Source: Polyangiales bacterium (lineage in GTDB: Bacteria; Myxococcota_A; Polyangia; Polyangiales; Polyangiaceae). Taken from it: DNA of 64,000 nucleotides. Both the position numbers and the translations under genes were made by a program. Positions 50,757-61,519 of the stretch are shown here, one piece after another. The stretch spans positions 22,232 through 86,231 of the forward strand of contig JBBRNJ010000033.1 in NCBI GenBank assembly GCA_038230375.1. Reading direction: 5' to 3'. Under the pieces are notes generated by a model. It was not told the origin of the DNA, made no database searches, and worked only from the letters and a program-made list of their open reading frames with translations. The first letter of the stretch is position 1. Each line of letters starts with the position of its first letter.

Positions 50757-52643
50757 TCAGTAGTCCTGCGCCTGCGCGTCCTCGATCGCGTCGGAGCGGC
50801 GCGGACGCAGGTTGCAGGTAAGGATCTGCTTGCGAACGCGGACCGCGTCCGGAGTGACCTCGACGAGCTCGTCCGCGTCGATCCATTCCATCGCGGTCTC
50901 GATGGTGAGGATCTTCGGCACCGCCAGGGCGACGTTCTCGTCCTTGCCGTGGTTACGCACGTTGGAGAGCTTCTTCTCCTTGATCGCGTTCACGTCGGTG
51001 TCGTTCGGGCGGTTGTGCTCGCCCACGATCATGCCTTCGTAGACGTCCACGCCGGTGGAGAGGAAGAAGTTGCCGCGCGGCTGCAGGTGATGGAGCGCGT
51101 ACGGCGACGTGACGCCCGCACGGTCTGCGACGATCGCGCCGGTCATGCGCTTGGCCATGGTGCCGCCCCACGGCTCCCAGCCGTCGAACAGCGTGTTGAG
51201 GAGGCCCGTGCCGCGCGTGGACGTGAGGAACTCGCCGCGGAAGCCAATGAGGCCACGGGACGGGATCCGGTACTCGAGGCGCGCACGCCCGTAGCCCGGG
51301 TTCGCCATCTTGACCATGCGGCCCTTGCGCTGCCCAAGGCGCTCCGTGACGACGCCAATGAACGACTCCGGCACATCCACGACGACAAGCTCGTACGGCT
51401 CCTCGACGACGCCGTCGTGCAAGCGCGTGATGACCTCGGGGTTGCCGAGCTGCATCTCGTAGCCTTCGCGGCGCATGGTCTCGACCAGGATGGCGAGCTG
51501 CAATTCACCGCGGCCGAGCACGACGAACGTGTCGGGCGACTCGCTCTCTTCGAACCGGAGCGCGAGGTTCTTGCGGACCTCACGCTGCAGGCGCTCCTTC
51601 AGCTGGCGGCTCGTGAGGTACTTGGACGTCTTGCACTTGCCCGCGAACGGGCTCGTGTTGACGCCGATCCGCATCTTGATGGTCGGCTGCTCGACGATGA
51701 TGCGCGGCAACGCGCGCGTCTCCCAGCCCGGGTCCACGTCGGTGATGGTGTCACCCACGAAGATGTCGTCGAGCCCGGCGATGGCGACGATCTCGCCCGC
51801 GGCCGCTTCCTTGGTGGGGATGCGTGCGAGCCCCTCGAACGTCGCGAGCACCTTGATGGTGCCCTTGGTGACGGTGCCGTCCTTCACGATGCCGATGTTC
51901 TGGTTCTCACGAACGGTGCCGGCAACGACACGCCCGATGGCGAGACGACCGATGTACTCGTCGTGGTCCAGGTTGTTCACGATGATCTGGAGCGGCGCGG
52001 TCTTGTCGCCTGCCGGCGCCGGCACCTTCTCGATGATCATCTCGAACAGCGCGGAGAGATCCTTCGACTCTTCTTCCAGCGTCGCCTTTGCCTGACCAAG
52101 CTTGCCGACCGCATAGAGCACGGGGAAGTCGACCTGCTCGTCGTTCGCCTCGAGATCGCAGAACAGATCGAAGACCTCGTTCAGGACGTCCGCCGGGCGC
52201 GCGTCGCTGCGGTCGATCTTGTTGATGACCACGATGACGGGGAAGCCCAGGTCGAGACCCTTGCGGAGGACGAAGCGCGTCTGCGGCAACGGGCCTTCGG
52301 CCGCGTCGACGAGGAGGATGATGGCGTCGGCCATGAGCAGCGTGCGCTCGACCTCGCCGCCGAAGTCGGCGTGGCCTGGAGTGTCGACGACATTGATCTT
52401 GTAGGCGTTTCCGTCCTTGCTCTTCCAGCGGACGCTCGTGTTCTTGGCGAGGATCGTGATGCCACGCTCCTTCTCGAGCGCGTTCGAGTCCATCATGCGG
52501 TCGGCCGTGACCTCGTTCTCGCGGAACAGGCCGGATTGCTTGAGCATGTGGTCGACGAGGGTGGTCTTGCCATGGTCGACGTGGGCGACGATCGCCACGT
52601 TTCTGAGATTTCTGCCAGCGGGCGGGATAGACGGAGAAGCCAT
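50757..52643 (-). CDS. typA: Translational GTPase TypA/BipA
   Basis: RNVAIVAHVDHGKTTLVD, ERGITILAK, DTPGHADFGGEVER, EGPLPQTRFV, GRGELQL, ELVEVTP. Confidence 0.97.
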   Translation of the reverse strand: MASPSIPPAGRNLRNVAIVAHVDHGKTTLVDHMLKQSGLFRENEVTADRMMDSNALEKERGITILAKNTSVRWKSKDGNAYKINVVDTPGHADFGGEVERTLLMADAIILLVDAAEGPLPQTRFVLRKGLDLGFPVIVVINKIDRSDARPADVLNEVFDLFCDLEANDEQVDFPVLYAVGKLGQAKATLEEESKDLSALFEMIIEKVPAPAGDKTAPLQIIVNNLDHDEYIGRLAIGRVVAGTVRENQNIGIVKDGTVTKGTIKVLATFEGLARIPTKEAAAGEIVAIAGLDDIFVGDTITDVDPGWETRALPRIIVEQPTIKMRIGVNTSPFAGKCKTSKYLTSRQLKERLQREVRKNLALRFEESESPDTFVVLGRGELQLAILVETMRREGYEMQLGNPEVITRLHDGVVEEPYELVVVDVPESFIGVVTERLGQRKGRMVKMANPGYGRARLEYRIPSRGLIGFRGEFLTSTRGTGLLNTLFDGWEPWGGTMAKRMTGAIVADRAGVTSPYALHHLQPRGNFFLSTGVDVYEGMIVGEHNRPNDTDVNAIKEKKLSNVRNHGKDENVALAVPKILTIETAMEWIDADELVEVTPDAVRVRKQILTCNLRPRRSDAIEDAQAQDY

Positions 52644-52781
52644 TTCGCCGCGGGCTACTAGCAGAAAACACGAACCATGCGAGCAGTGTTCACAAGAACC
52701 GTGCCGGCCGAGCCCACGCGCGGCGCCCAAAACCCACGGGTTCGGTTGACCTTCGGGCGGGTTCTCGTTACGGCTCGTCGT

Positions 52782-53288
52782 ATGAGAATTGCCGCCAGAT
52801 GGGCCGGATTTGCCGGGTTTTTGCTGTCCGGGCTGGGCGCATGCTCGTCGTCGTCCACGTCCAGCGCGACGTCCGGCTACACGTTTCTCGACGCAGACTC
52901 CTTCTGCAACTCTTACGTGACGAAGTGCGGGGGCTCCGGAACGGTCGGGAGCTGCCTCGAGACGGCCCGCGCGGTCCGCGTCAGCCAGTCCTGCGCGGAC
53001 ATGATGAAGAGCGCGTCCTGCGACGATCTGCTGGGCAAAGGCTCCAGCGGCACCGCGCTGAACGATCTCTGCTTCCCCTCGTGCAGCAAGACCAGCACCG
53101 CGACCTGCGAGTCCGACAACCAGGCCCTCGACAGCTGCGGGGGGGACGGCCGGCTCAAGGTCTTCGATTGCACGAAGTCGTGCGCGGCCACCGGCGCGAC
53201 CTCTGGCTCACCAAACTTCAGTGGCACCTGCGGGACCGAATACAAGACGCAGACGAGCACCCAGCCGATCTGCTGGTGCGTGAAGTAG
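52782..53288 (+). CDS. Cys-rich hypothetical lipoprotein
   Basis: Lipobox LGAC, many Cys residues, ending CWCVK. Confidence 0.7.
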   Translation: MRIAARWAGFAGFLLSGLGACSSSSTSSATSGYTFLDADSFCNSYVTKCGGSGTVGSCLETARAVRVSQSCADMMKSASCDDLLGKGSSGTALNDLCFPSCSKTSTATCESDNQALDSCGGDGRLKVFDCTKSCAATGATSGSPNFSGTCGTEYKTQTSTQPICWCVK

Positions 53289-53384
53289 GACACACCTTGT
53301 GTCCGCTTCGCCGCGGGCTGTCACACGGCGCGCGGTAATTTTCAGGGTCTTCCTTCGGCACGGGGTTTGGTATGTGCGAGGTCG

Positions 53385-56300
53385 ATGAAACGATCCTTCG
53401 CCCTTGTAGGTCTCCTCGTTGCCGCGGTCAGCTGCTTCCCCGGAGCCCGCGCGCCGGACGTCACCGCGACCCGCACGCTGGAGCTCGGTAAGGAGGGCGG
53501 TGGCAAGGCCCCGCACGCTCCGTTCGACGTCGTGTTCGCGACGCCGCGCGGCAACGTGGAGGACGTGAGCGAGGTCAGCGTGGTCTTCAACCGACCCATG
53601 CGCGCGCTGGAGCTCGCTGGCGAGGAGAGCGCGCCGCCGATCACGATCACGAATGGCGCTGGCCAGGCCCCGAAGGGCGCGTGGCGATGGATGGGCACGA
53701 GCGCGCTCATGTTCGCGCCGGAGAAGGCGCTGCCGCGCGCGACCACGTACGACGTCACGGTGAAGGAAGGCACGCGCGCGCTGGACGGCTCCCTGCTCGC
53801 GAAGCCCTACAAGTTCGACTTCGCGACGCCGCGCCCTCAGCTGGTTCGCATGGACCCCGGCGAGGGCGCCACACACCTCCTTCCGACGCAGACGTTCGAC
53901 CTGCGCATGAACCAGCCCGTCGATCTGAAGGAGATCGATCGCACGGTCTCCATCACGGTGGACGCCGCCAACAAGCCCACCGACAAGACCGTTCCGTTCG
54001 TCGCGTCGTATCCGAAGGCGGACGTGCTCACGCTCGTGCGTCTGACGCCGAAGACCCGGCTTCCGCTGGACTCTGCGATCGGTATTCACGTCGACGCGAG
54101 CCTCCACGGGACAGAGGGCCCGCTGCCGATCGGCGGCTCCGTCGACAAGATGATGCGCACGTACGGTCCCCTGACCGCGAACGGCGTCGAGTGCTACGCG
54201 AGCACGCCGGACAAGAAGTGCGCGGCACGCGGGAGCTTCTCGATCCCGTTCTCGAACCGCGTGGGCCAGAAGGACGCCATCGCCCATCTGCGGATCGATC
54301 CGCCGGTGAAGGTTGATTTCCAGAAGTCCGAAAATGACTACAAAACGTCGTGGATGAGCCTGCCGGCGCGCTTCCGCCCGGCCTCCACGTACCGCGTCAC
54401 GGTGACCGCCGGATTGAAGGACGAGTACGGACAGGTGCTCGCAAAGGACGCCACGTTCACCGTGCACACGGGCGACGAGTGGCCGAACGTCCAGATCGGC
54501 GTCTCCGGCAGCACGTTCGAGGCCGCGGGCGCGAAGCCCGTGCCGCTCGCGTCGATCAACACGCCCAGCTACGACCTCATGACCGGCGAGATCGGCGAAG
54601 AGGACGTGGTCCGCATGATGACGGCGAGCTCCTACGGCACGCCGTCGCAGTGGACCGTCGCCACGAGCGTCCCGAAGATCAAGATCGAGACCGTGCGCCC
54701 GCAGTCGGCGAAGAACGCGTTCGAGGTGAAGCGGGTCGCCGTCGACAAGACCCTGAAGAGCGGCAAGGGCGTCGCCCTTCTGGGTGTTCGCTACGAGCGC
54801 GGCGGGCGCACGCAGTCCGACGTGCGGGTGCTCGGCGTCACCGACCTTGGCATCAGCGCGAAGGAGAGCCGCTTCGGCAGCATGATCTGGGTCACCCGCC
54901 TCTCCGACGCGAAGCCCGTCAATGGCGCCAGCGTCCGCATCCGCGACAAGGACGGCAGCGTGAAGTTCAGCGGCACGACGAACGCCGACGGGCTGGTGAA
55001 CGTGCCCGCGGACAAGTACAGCCCAGGCAACTCGCAGTGGGACGGCGACGGCTCGTTCATCTTCGCGTCGCTCGGCGACGACATGGCATTCCGGGGCGCA
55101 AGCGAGCGGCTCGACAGCTGGCGCTACCAGCCCGGCTCCGGGATCGACATGAGCGGACGCATCGCGCCCGTGGGCATGATGTTCACGGATCGAGGCATTT
55201 ACAAGCTCGGCGAGACCATCCACGCGAAGAGCTTGTTCCGCATGCGCGAGCCAAAGGGCACGAGCTCACTCAAGGGCTCCGCCGTGAAGGTCACCGCGGC
55301 CGACTCCAACGGCACCGAGTTCTTCTCGAAGGAAGCGGCGCTCGGCGACTTTGGCGAGCTCGCGTTCGACGTGCCGATCCCCGCCGACGCGCGGCTGGGC
55401 GTGTTCAACCTGCGCGCGCAGGTGGAGAAGAAGAACGTGCTCGGCGACGAGTCGCAGGGCACCGCGTACGCGTCCGTGCAGGTCGCGGCCTACAAGCCCG
55501 CGGAGTTCAAGACCACCGTCGAGACCGACAAGACGTCCTACGTGCACGGCGACAAGGCCGGCTTCACGATGCGCGGCGACTATCTCTTCGGCGCTCCCAT
55601 GGGCGGCGCGCACGTCCGCTACACGGTGACACGGCAGGTGACTGCGTTCGCACCGGCGAACACCGAGGGCTTCTCCACCGACGACGACGTGTACGCCTGG
55701 GGCCTGCCCGAGCGCACGCAGCGCGGCGGGGCCTCGCAGTCCGGGCAGGGCGATCTGGACGGCAAGGGCTCGCTCGCTGCGGACACCCTGATCTCCGGCG
55801 CACCCACCACGAGCCCGGAGCTCCTGTCCGTGGAGGCCGAAGTCGAGGACGTGTCGCGCCAGACCATCGCGGGTCGCACGAGCGTCGTCGTTCACCCCGC
55901 GAGCGTGTATGCCGCGCTGAAGAGCGGCGACGACTTCTTCGTGGATGCGTCGAAGCCGCTTCCGTTCCAGGTCCTGGCCGTGGAGCCGGGCGGAAAGCGC
56001 CGCGTGGGCGAGTCCGTGCACGTGGAGCTGCTGCGTCGCTCATGGAAGACCGTCACGGAGGCGAACGACGAGGACGTCGGTCACTATGTCTCCAAGCCCG
56101 TCGACGAGAAGGTGGGCGCCTGCGACGTGAAGAGCGACAAGGACGCCGTGTCCTGCCCGCTCACCGCGCCCGGTGCCGGCTACTTCATCATCCGCGCGAC
56201 CGTGAAGGACGCGAAGGGCAACATGGCGGCCGCATCTTCGTCGGTCTACGCAGTGGGCAGCGCGGACGCCATCGCGTGGGCCATGAGCGACGTCTCCACG

Positions 56301-59120
56301 CTGGAGCTGGTCACTGACAAGAAGTCATACGAGTCAGGGCAGACCGCGAAGATCCTCATCAAGAGCCCGTTCAAGGCTGCACATGCGGTGATCACGCTGG
56401 AGCGCGCGGGCATCTACAAGACGTGGCAGAAGGACGTCACCGGCCCCATGCCCGTCGTCGAGGTCCCGCTCACGGAGGACCTGCGTCCGAACGTGTTCGT
56501 GTCTGTCGAGCTGCTCCGCGGTCGCACCGAGCCGGCGCCTGCGCGCGGCATAGACCAGGGGCGTCCTCAATTCCGTGTAGGATACACTGAACTGAAGATC
56601 AACCCCGAGGCGCGCCGTCTCGCCGTCTCCGTCACGCCCACGAAGAAGAACTCCGGGCCAGGCGAGCAGGTGGAGGCTGACCTTCTGGTGAAGGATCGCG
56701 CTGGAAAAGGCGTGAAGACAGACGTCACGTTCTACGCCGTAGACGAGGGCGTGCTCATGCTCACGGGCTACACCACGCCCGATCCGCTGCCCACGTTCAT
56801 GGCAGCACGTCCGCTCGCGGTCCTCGCGCTCGAGTCGCGTGACGGTCTGGCGCGCATCCTCAAGGTCGGCGGGTTCTCCGGCGACGACAAGGGCGGCGAT
56901 GGTGGCGGCAGCGGGCCCACCACCTCGCGCGAGGACTTCCGCTCCACCGCGGCGTTCCTCCCCAGCGTGCGCACGGGCGCCGACGGCAAGGCCCACGTGT
57001 CGTTCAAGCTGCCCGACAGCCTCACCACGTATCGGCTCATGGCGGTTGCTGCCGCAGAGGATGATCGCTTTGGGTTCGGCGACGCGCAGGTGGTGACGAG
57101 CCGCCCTCTGATGGCGCGTCCCGCGCTCCCGCGCTTCCTGCGTACGGGTGACAGCATGGACGCCGGCGTGATCATCTCCACGAAGAACCTGCCCGAAGGC
57201 GACGTGACCGTCGCGATCAAGGCAGAGGGCGCCACGCTCACGTCCGAGCCGACGAGGGTCGTGCACGTCCCCGCGAACGGAAACGTGGAGGTGCGCTTCG
57301 CGATCAAGGCGCCCACCACTGGCAACATGAAGCTGCAGTTCTCCGCGAGCGGCATGGGCCAGAAGGACGACGTCACCGTTACACGTGCGGTGAAGATCCC
57401 GATGGTCGCAGAGGCCGTCGCGCTGTACGGCGACACGAAGGAGGCGACGGGCGAGCAGCTCGGGAACCTGGCCAGCGTGCGCCCGGACTACGGCGGCCTG
57501 GAGGTGAAGCTCAGCTCCTCCGCGCTCGTCGGCCTGGACAGCGGTGTGCAGTCGCTCATCGAGTACCCGTACGGCTGCGCGGAGCAGCTGACGAGCCGCA
57601 TCGTCCCGCTCGTCGCGCTCAGCGGCATCGCGAACGACTACGGCATCAAGCTGCCAGAGGATCTGAAGCCCGTCATCGAGAAGGCGCTGCGCAAGGTGAT
57701 CCTCGATCAGCAAGAGGGCGGCGGGTTCGGCTACTGGCCCGACTCCCAGCACCCGAGCGTGTGGCTCACGGCGTACGTGCTCTGGGGTCTCTACCTTGCG
57801 GAGCAAGGCGGCTATCACATCCCGGAGGAGGTGATCCCGCGCGCGCTCTCCTACCTGCGCGCGAACCTCGCGCAGATGGAGCGCGATGACATCTCGCGCG
57901 TGTCCGGCGCGTTCGTGGTGGACGTCCTGGCCATGCTCGGCAAGCCCGACGCGGGCTACATGTCGCGCCTCTACGACAGCCGCGACAAGCTGCCGATCTT
58001 CGCAAAGGCCTGGCTCGCGCACGCGATCGCCATCTCCGCGCAGAAGACGGGCGAGAGCCACGCATCCTGGGAGCCGCGCACGAAGGAGCTGCTTCGCACC
58101 TTCGAGCAGAACCTCCGCGTCACGCCGACCGGCGCGATCGTCACGGAGAACGTCGGCGACAAGTACGCCGTGGTGCTCGACTCCGACGCGCGCACCACAG
58201 GCCTGGTCATCCGCGCCATCACGGCGATCGACAAGGAGCACGTGCTCCTGCCGCGCCTGGTGAAGGGCCTGCTTGCCGAACGCAAGGGCGGCACGTGGCG
58301 CACGACGCAGGAGACAGCGTGGGCGCTGGTCTCCATGGGCGAGTACGCAAAGGCCGTGGAGAACGAGGCGCCCAACTTCAAGGCGCGCGTGTTCTTCGCC
58401 GGAAAAGAGGCGTTCGAGGCGGAGTTTCGCGCGAAGACGGTGCACAGCGAGACCACCAAGATCCCCATGAAGGACCTCCTGTCGGGCGGTACGGGCGGTG
58501 GCACCCTGGCGTTCGACAAGGACGGCCCGGGTCGGCTCTTCTACGAGGCGCGTCTCCGCTACTCGAAGACAGAGCTCCCGAAGGAGGGCCTGGACCGCGG
58601 CTTCTTCGTGAAGAAGTACATGCGCAGCGTGAAGCCCGAGGGGCTCTTCGATGCAATGCGTACGCTCCCGCACGACACCATGGTCTCCGCGCAGGCAGGT
58701 GACATGGTCCTGGTGGACCTCATCGTGGTGACCGCGGATCCGCGAGAGCAGGTCGTCATCGACGATCCGCTTCCTGCGGGCCTGGAGCCGGTGCAGACGA
58801 ACCTGGCGACCACGGCGCGCTCGCTCAACGTCACGGAATCGGGCGGCGACGGCGACCAGTCCGACCAGGACAAGACCACCGACGACGAGATCGCGAACGG
58901 TCGTGGCTTTGGCTACGCCTGGTATCACCGCGAGTTCGACGACGACAAGGTGCTCACGTTCGTCGATCACATGGCGGCGGGCATGTACCACTACCGGTAC
59001 CTCGCTCGCGCCACCACGGTGGGCACGTTCTCCATGCCACCCACGAAGGCCGAGTGCATGTACGAGCCCGAGACCTTCGGTCGCACCGGCGGCACGGCCT
59101 ACGAGGTGAAGTCCAAGTGA
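53385..59120 (+). CDS. Bacterial alpha-2-macroglobulin (YfhM-like) lipoprotein
   Basis: Lipobox AVSC, Ig-like domains, TDRGIYK.GE, AVDEGVL, LPDSLTTYR, LPRFLR.GD, thioester motif YPYGCAEQ, DPLPAGLE, MYEPE..GR. Confidence 0.95.
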   Translation: MKRSFALVGLLVAAVSCFPGARAPDVTATRTLELGKEGGGKAPHAPFDVVFATPRGNVEDVSEVSVVFNRPMRALELAGEESAPPITITNGAGQAPKGAWRWMGTSALMFAPEKALPRATTYDVTVKEGTRALDGSLLAKPYKFDFATPRPQLVRMDPGEGATHLLPTQTFDLRMNQPVDLKEIDRTVSITVDAANKPTDKTVPFVASYPKADVLTLVRLTPKTRLPLDSAIGIHVDASLHGTEGPLPIGGSVDKMMRTYGPLTANGVECYASTPDKKCAARGSFSIPFSNRVGQKDAIAHLRIDPPVKVDFQKSENDYKTSWMSLPARFRPASTYRVTVTAGLKDEYGQVLAKDATFTVHTGDEWPNVQIGVSGSTFEAAGAKPVPLASINTPSYDLMTGEIGEEDVVRMMTASSYGTPSQWTVATSVPKIKIETVRPQSAKNAFEVKRVAVDKTLKSGKGVALLGVRYERGGRTQSDVRVLGVTDLGISAKESRFGSMIWVTRLSDAKPVNGASVRIRDKDGSVKFSGTTNADGLVNVPADKYSPGNSQWDGDGSFIFASLGDDMAFRGASERLDSWRYQPGSGIDMSGRIAPVGMMFTDRGIYKLGETIHAKSLFRMREPKGTSSLKGSAVKVTAADSNGTEFFSKEAALGDFGELAFDVPIPADARLGVFNLRAQVEKKNVLGDESQGTAYASVQVAAYKPAEFKTTVETDKTSYVHGDKAGFTMRGDYLFGAPMGGAHVRYTVTRQVTAFAPANTEGFSTDDDVYAWGLPERTQRGGASQSGQGDLDGKGSLAADTLISGAPTTSPELLSVEAEVEDVSRQTIAGRTSVVVHPASVYAALKSGDDFFVDASKPLPFQVLAVEPGGKRRVGESVHVELLRRSWKTVTEANDEDVGHYVSKPVDEKVGACDVKSDKDAVSCPLTAPGAGYFIIRATVKDAKGNMAAASSSVYAVGSADAIAWAMSDVSTLELVTDKKSYESGQTAKILIKSPFKAAHAVITLERAGIYKTWQKDVTGPMPVVEVPLTEDLRPNVFVSVELLRGRTEPAPARGIDQGRPQFRVGYTELKINPEARRLAVSVTPTKKNSGPGEQVEADLLVKDRAGKGVKTDVTFYAVDEGVLMLTGYTTPDPLPTFMAARPLAVLALESRDGLARILKVGGFSGDDKGGDGGGSGPTTSREDFRSTAAFLPSVRTGADGKAHVSFKLPDSLTTYRLMAVAAAEDDRFGFGDAQVVTSRPLMARPALPRFLRTGDSMDAGVIISTKNLPEGDVTVAIKAEGATLTSEPTRVVHVPANGNVEVRFAIKAPTTGNMKLQFSASGMGQKDDVTVTRAVKIPMVAEAVALYGDTKEATGEQLGNLASVRPDYGGLEVKLSSSALVGLDSGVQSLIEYPYGCAEQLTSRIVPLVALSGIANDYGIKLPEDLKPVIEKALRKVILDQQEGGGFGYWPDSQHPSVWLTAYVLWGLYLAEQGGYHIPEEVIPRALSYLRANLAQMERDDISRVSGAFVVDVLAMLGKPDAGYMSRLYDSRDKLPIFAKAWLAHAIAISAQKTGESHASWEPRTKELLRTFEQNLRVTPTGAIVTENVGDKYAVVLDSDARTTGLVIRAITAIDKEHVLLPRLVKGLLAERKGGTWRTTQETAWALVSMGEYAKAVENEAPNFKARVFFAGKEAFEAEFRAKTVHSETTKIPMKDLLSGGTGGGTLAFDKDGPGRLFYEARLRYSKTELPKEGLDRGFFVKKYMRSVKPEGLFDAMRTLPHDTMVSAQAGDMVLVDLIVVTADPREQVVIDDPLPAGLEPVQTNLATTARSLNVTESGGDGDQSDQDKTTDDEIANGRGFGYAWYHREFDDDKVLTFVDHMAAGMYHYRYLARATTVGTFSMPPTKAECMYEPETFGRTGGTAYEVKSK

Positions 59121-61513
59121 AGGTGCGCGCGCAGAAGGTCTGGATGCGTCTGCGGAGGGGCATGTCGTCGCTCGGGCTGCGCCACCTGCGCATCCTGGTC
59201 GCGGCGCTGCTCCTTCCGTGGGTGCTCCTCTCGCTCTGCGCGCTCTTCCTGCCGTTGCCTGCGGCGCTCAAGAAAGATGCAACCTACACGGAATCGCGGC
59301 GCTTCCTGGACCGCGACGGGCGCGTGCTTCGGGAGGCGCGGGCCGGCGACTCCACGCATGCGCGCTGGGTCACGCTCGACGAGGCGGGGCCGAACGTGAG
59401 GCGCGCCGTCGTGGCTGCGGAAGACGCGCGCTTCTATCAGCACCCGGGCGTGGACCCGCTCTCTGTCGTGCGGGCGGCGGGCTCTGCGATCATGCATCGG
59501 CGGATCGTGTCCGGGGCGTCCACGCTGACGATGCAGCTCGCGCGCAACGTGGAGCCGCACCGGCGCGATCTGCCTGGCAAGCTCTACGAGATGGCGAGCG
59601 CGATGCGCATCGAGGGAACGCTCAGCAAGGACGAGATCCTGGAGCAGTACCTGAACCGTGCGCCGTTCGGTGTTGGCATCCGCGGTGTGTCCGCGGCGAG
59701 TCATCGCTACTTCGACAAGCCGCCCGCGGAGCTCTCGTTGGCGGAGGCGGCGACGCTTGCGTCCATTCCTCGCGGGCCCGCGGTCTACAGCATAGAGAAG
59801 CATCCGGAGCGCGTGCTGCGCCGCCGTGACCGCGTGCTCTCGCGCATGCAGGCGCAGGGCCTCATCACGGACGCGGAGCGCGTGCGCGCGCAGGCGGAGC
59901 CGCTCACGCCGCAGCTGGGTCGCCCGCAGTCCGGTGCGCCCCATTTCACGATCGCCCTGGAAAATGGCGCGTTCGGCCCACTGCCCGGCCAGTCACACGC
60001 GCTCGAGACGACCATCGATCGCGATCTCCAGCGCGAGACGGAGAACGTCGTCCGTGAGGCGCTCCGTCCGCTGGCGAAGAAGGAAGTGACAGCGGCAAGC
60101 GTGGTGGTCCTGGACAATGCCACCGGCGACATCCTGGCCTACGTGGGCTCGCCCGAGTGGAGCGATCCCCACGGCGGACAGAACGACGGCGTGCGTGCGC
60201 AGCGTCAGCCCGGCTCCACGCTGAAGCCGTTCGTCTACGGGCTCTTGATGGAGCGTCGTGATGCGTCGCCCGCGACGGTGCTTCCGGACACCGAACTGCA
60301 CCTTGCGGACACGAGTGGCACCTACGCCCCCAACAACTATGACGGCCGCTTCCACGGTCCGGTGCGCATGCGCGAGGCGCTCGGGAACTCGTACAACGTG
60401 CCTGCCGTTCTCGCGGCCCATCAGGTGGGCCCCGGACCGGTGGTGGAGAGACTACGCGCCGTCGGGTTGACCACGCTCACTGCGCCGGCCGAGCACTATG
60501 GTGATGCGATCGCGCTGGGCGACGGCGAGGTGCGACTGCTCGATCTCACGAACGCGTACGCAACGATCGCCCGCGGTGGCATGAGCCTGCCGGTGCGCGC
60601 GCTGCGCACCACGCCGGTGCCTCTGGGCGAGCGCGTGTTGCCGTCGTGGGAGGCGTCGCTGCTTACGGATATGCTCTCGGATCGGACCGCGCGTATTGCG
60701 TCGTTCGGCGAGGCGAACGTCCTCGAGCTGGCGTTCCCCGTGGCCGCGAAGACCGGTACGTCGAAGGGCTTCCGCGACAACTGGACCATCGGCTACACGA
60801 AAGAGCTCACTGTCGGTGTCTGGGTGGGAAACTTCGACGGCTCTCCGATGCACGGTACCAGCGGCATCACTGGCGCAGGCCCGATCTTCCAGGGCGTCAT
60901 GACGGCGGCGATGCGGCACCGCGACCCCGCACCGTTCGTCCCCGACGCGGAGACCGAGGAGATCGAGGTATGTCCGCTCTCCGGCAAGCGCGCCGGCCCG
61001 CACTGTCATCACCACGTACGCGAGCGCGTCCGTCGCGGTACGGACGTGGGCAGCTGCGACATGCACGACGAGATCGCGATCGACAAGCGCAACGGCCTTC
61101 GCGCGACGCCCGGCTGCGATCCCCGCTTCGTCGAGCGGCGCGAGATGCTCTTGCTCCCGGACGAGTACCGGTCATGGGCGAAGGGCGCCGGCATCGAGCT
61201 CGCACCCGATTCGACCTCACCGCTCTGCGGGGGCTCCGTGGCGACTGTGGCTTTCGGCTCCGACAGTGGTCCGAGGATCCAGTATCCGGTCGACGGCTCG
61301 CGCTTTGCGATCGAGCGGGGACGCTCGCGAGAGGCGCAGATGCTGCCGATCACCGTGGAATCAAGCGCGAAGACGCGCGTGCTCGTGGACGGACACGCGC
61401 TACCCGAGGTGGGCTCGCGCGTGTTCTGGAGTCTCTCGCCGGGCGATCACGAGATTGTCGCGGAGACGACCCTGGGCATCAGAAGCCCCGCCGTGCGCGT
61501 ACGCGTGGACTGA
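59117..61513 (+). CDS. pbpC: Penicillin-binding protein 1C
   Basis: AED.RFY.HPGVD, SGASTLTMQLAR, QPGSTLKPF, S.N, KTGTS. Overlaps the alpha-2-macroglobulin stop (GTGA), the canonical pairing. Confidence 0.93.
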   Translation: MKVRAQKVWMRLRRGMSSLGLRHLRILVAALLLPWVLLSLCALFLPLPAALKKDATYTESRRFLDRDGRVLREARAGDSTHARWVTLDEAGPNVRRAVVAAEDARFYQHPGVDPLSVVRAAGSAIMHRRIVSGASTLTMQLARNVEPHRRDLPGKLYEMASAMRIEGTLSKDEILEQYLNRAPFGVGIRGVSAASHRYFDKPPAELSLAEAATLASIPRGPAVYSIEKHPERVLRRRDRVLSRMQAQGLITDAERVRAQAEPLTPQLGRPQSGAPHFTIALENGAFGPLPGQSHALETTIDRDLQRETENVVREALRPLAKKEVTAASVVVLDNATGDILAYVGSPEWSDPHGGQNDGVRAQRQPGSTLKPFVYGLLMERRDASPATVLPDTELHLADTSGTYAPNNYDGRFHGPVRMREALGNSYNVPAVLAAHQVGPGPVVERLRAVGLTTLTAPAEHYGDAIALGDGEVRLLDLTNAYATIARGGMSLPVRALRTTPVPLGERVLPSWEASLLTDMLSDRTARIASFGEANVLELAFPVAAKTGTSKGFRDNWTIGYTKELTVGVWVGNFDGSPMHGTSGITGAGPIFQGVMTAAMRHRDPAPFVPDAETEEIEVCPLSGKRAGPHCHHHVRERVRRGTDVGSCDMHDEIAIDKRNGLRATPGCDPRFVERREMLLLPDEYRSWAKGAGIELAPDSTSPLCGGSVATVAFGSDSGPRIQYPVDGSRFAIERGRSREAQMLPITVESSAKTRVLVDGHALPEVGSRVFWSLSPGDHEIVAETTLGIRSPAVRVRVD

Positions 61514-61519
61514 GAGGAG

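Noticed and set aside
56334..58991. Long antisense ORFs (also 12403-14037, 14699-16585, 17318-18832, 50949-52661, 53208-55223)
   Set aside because: Stop-poor shadows of high-GC3 genes on the opposite strand, with no motifs.
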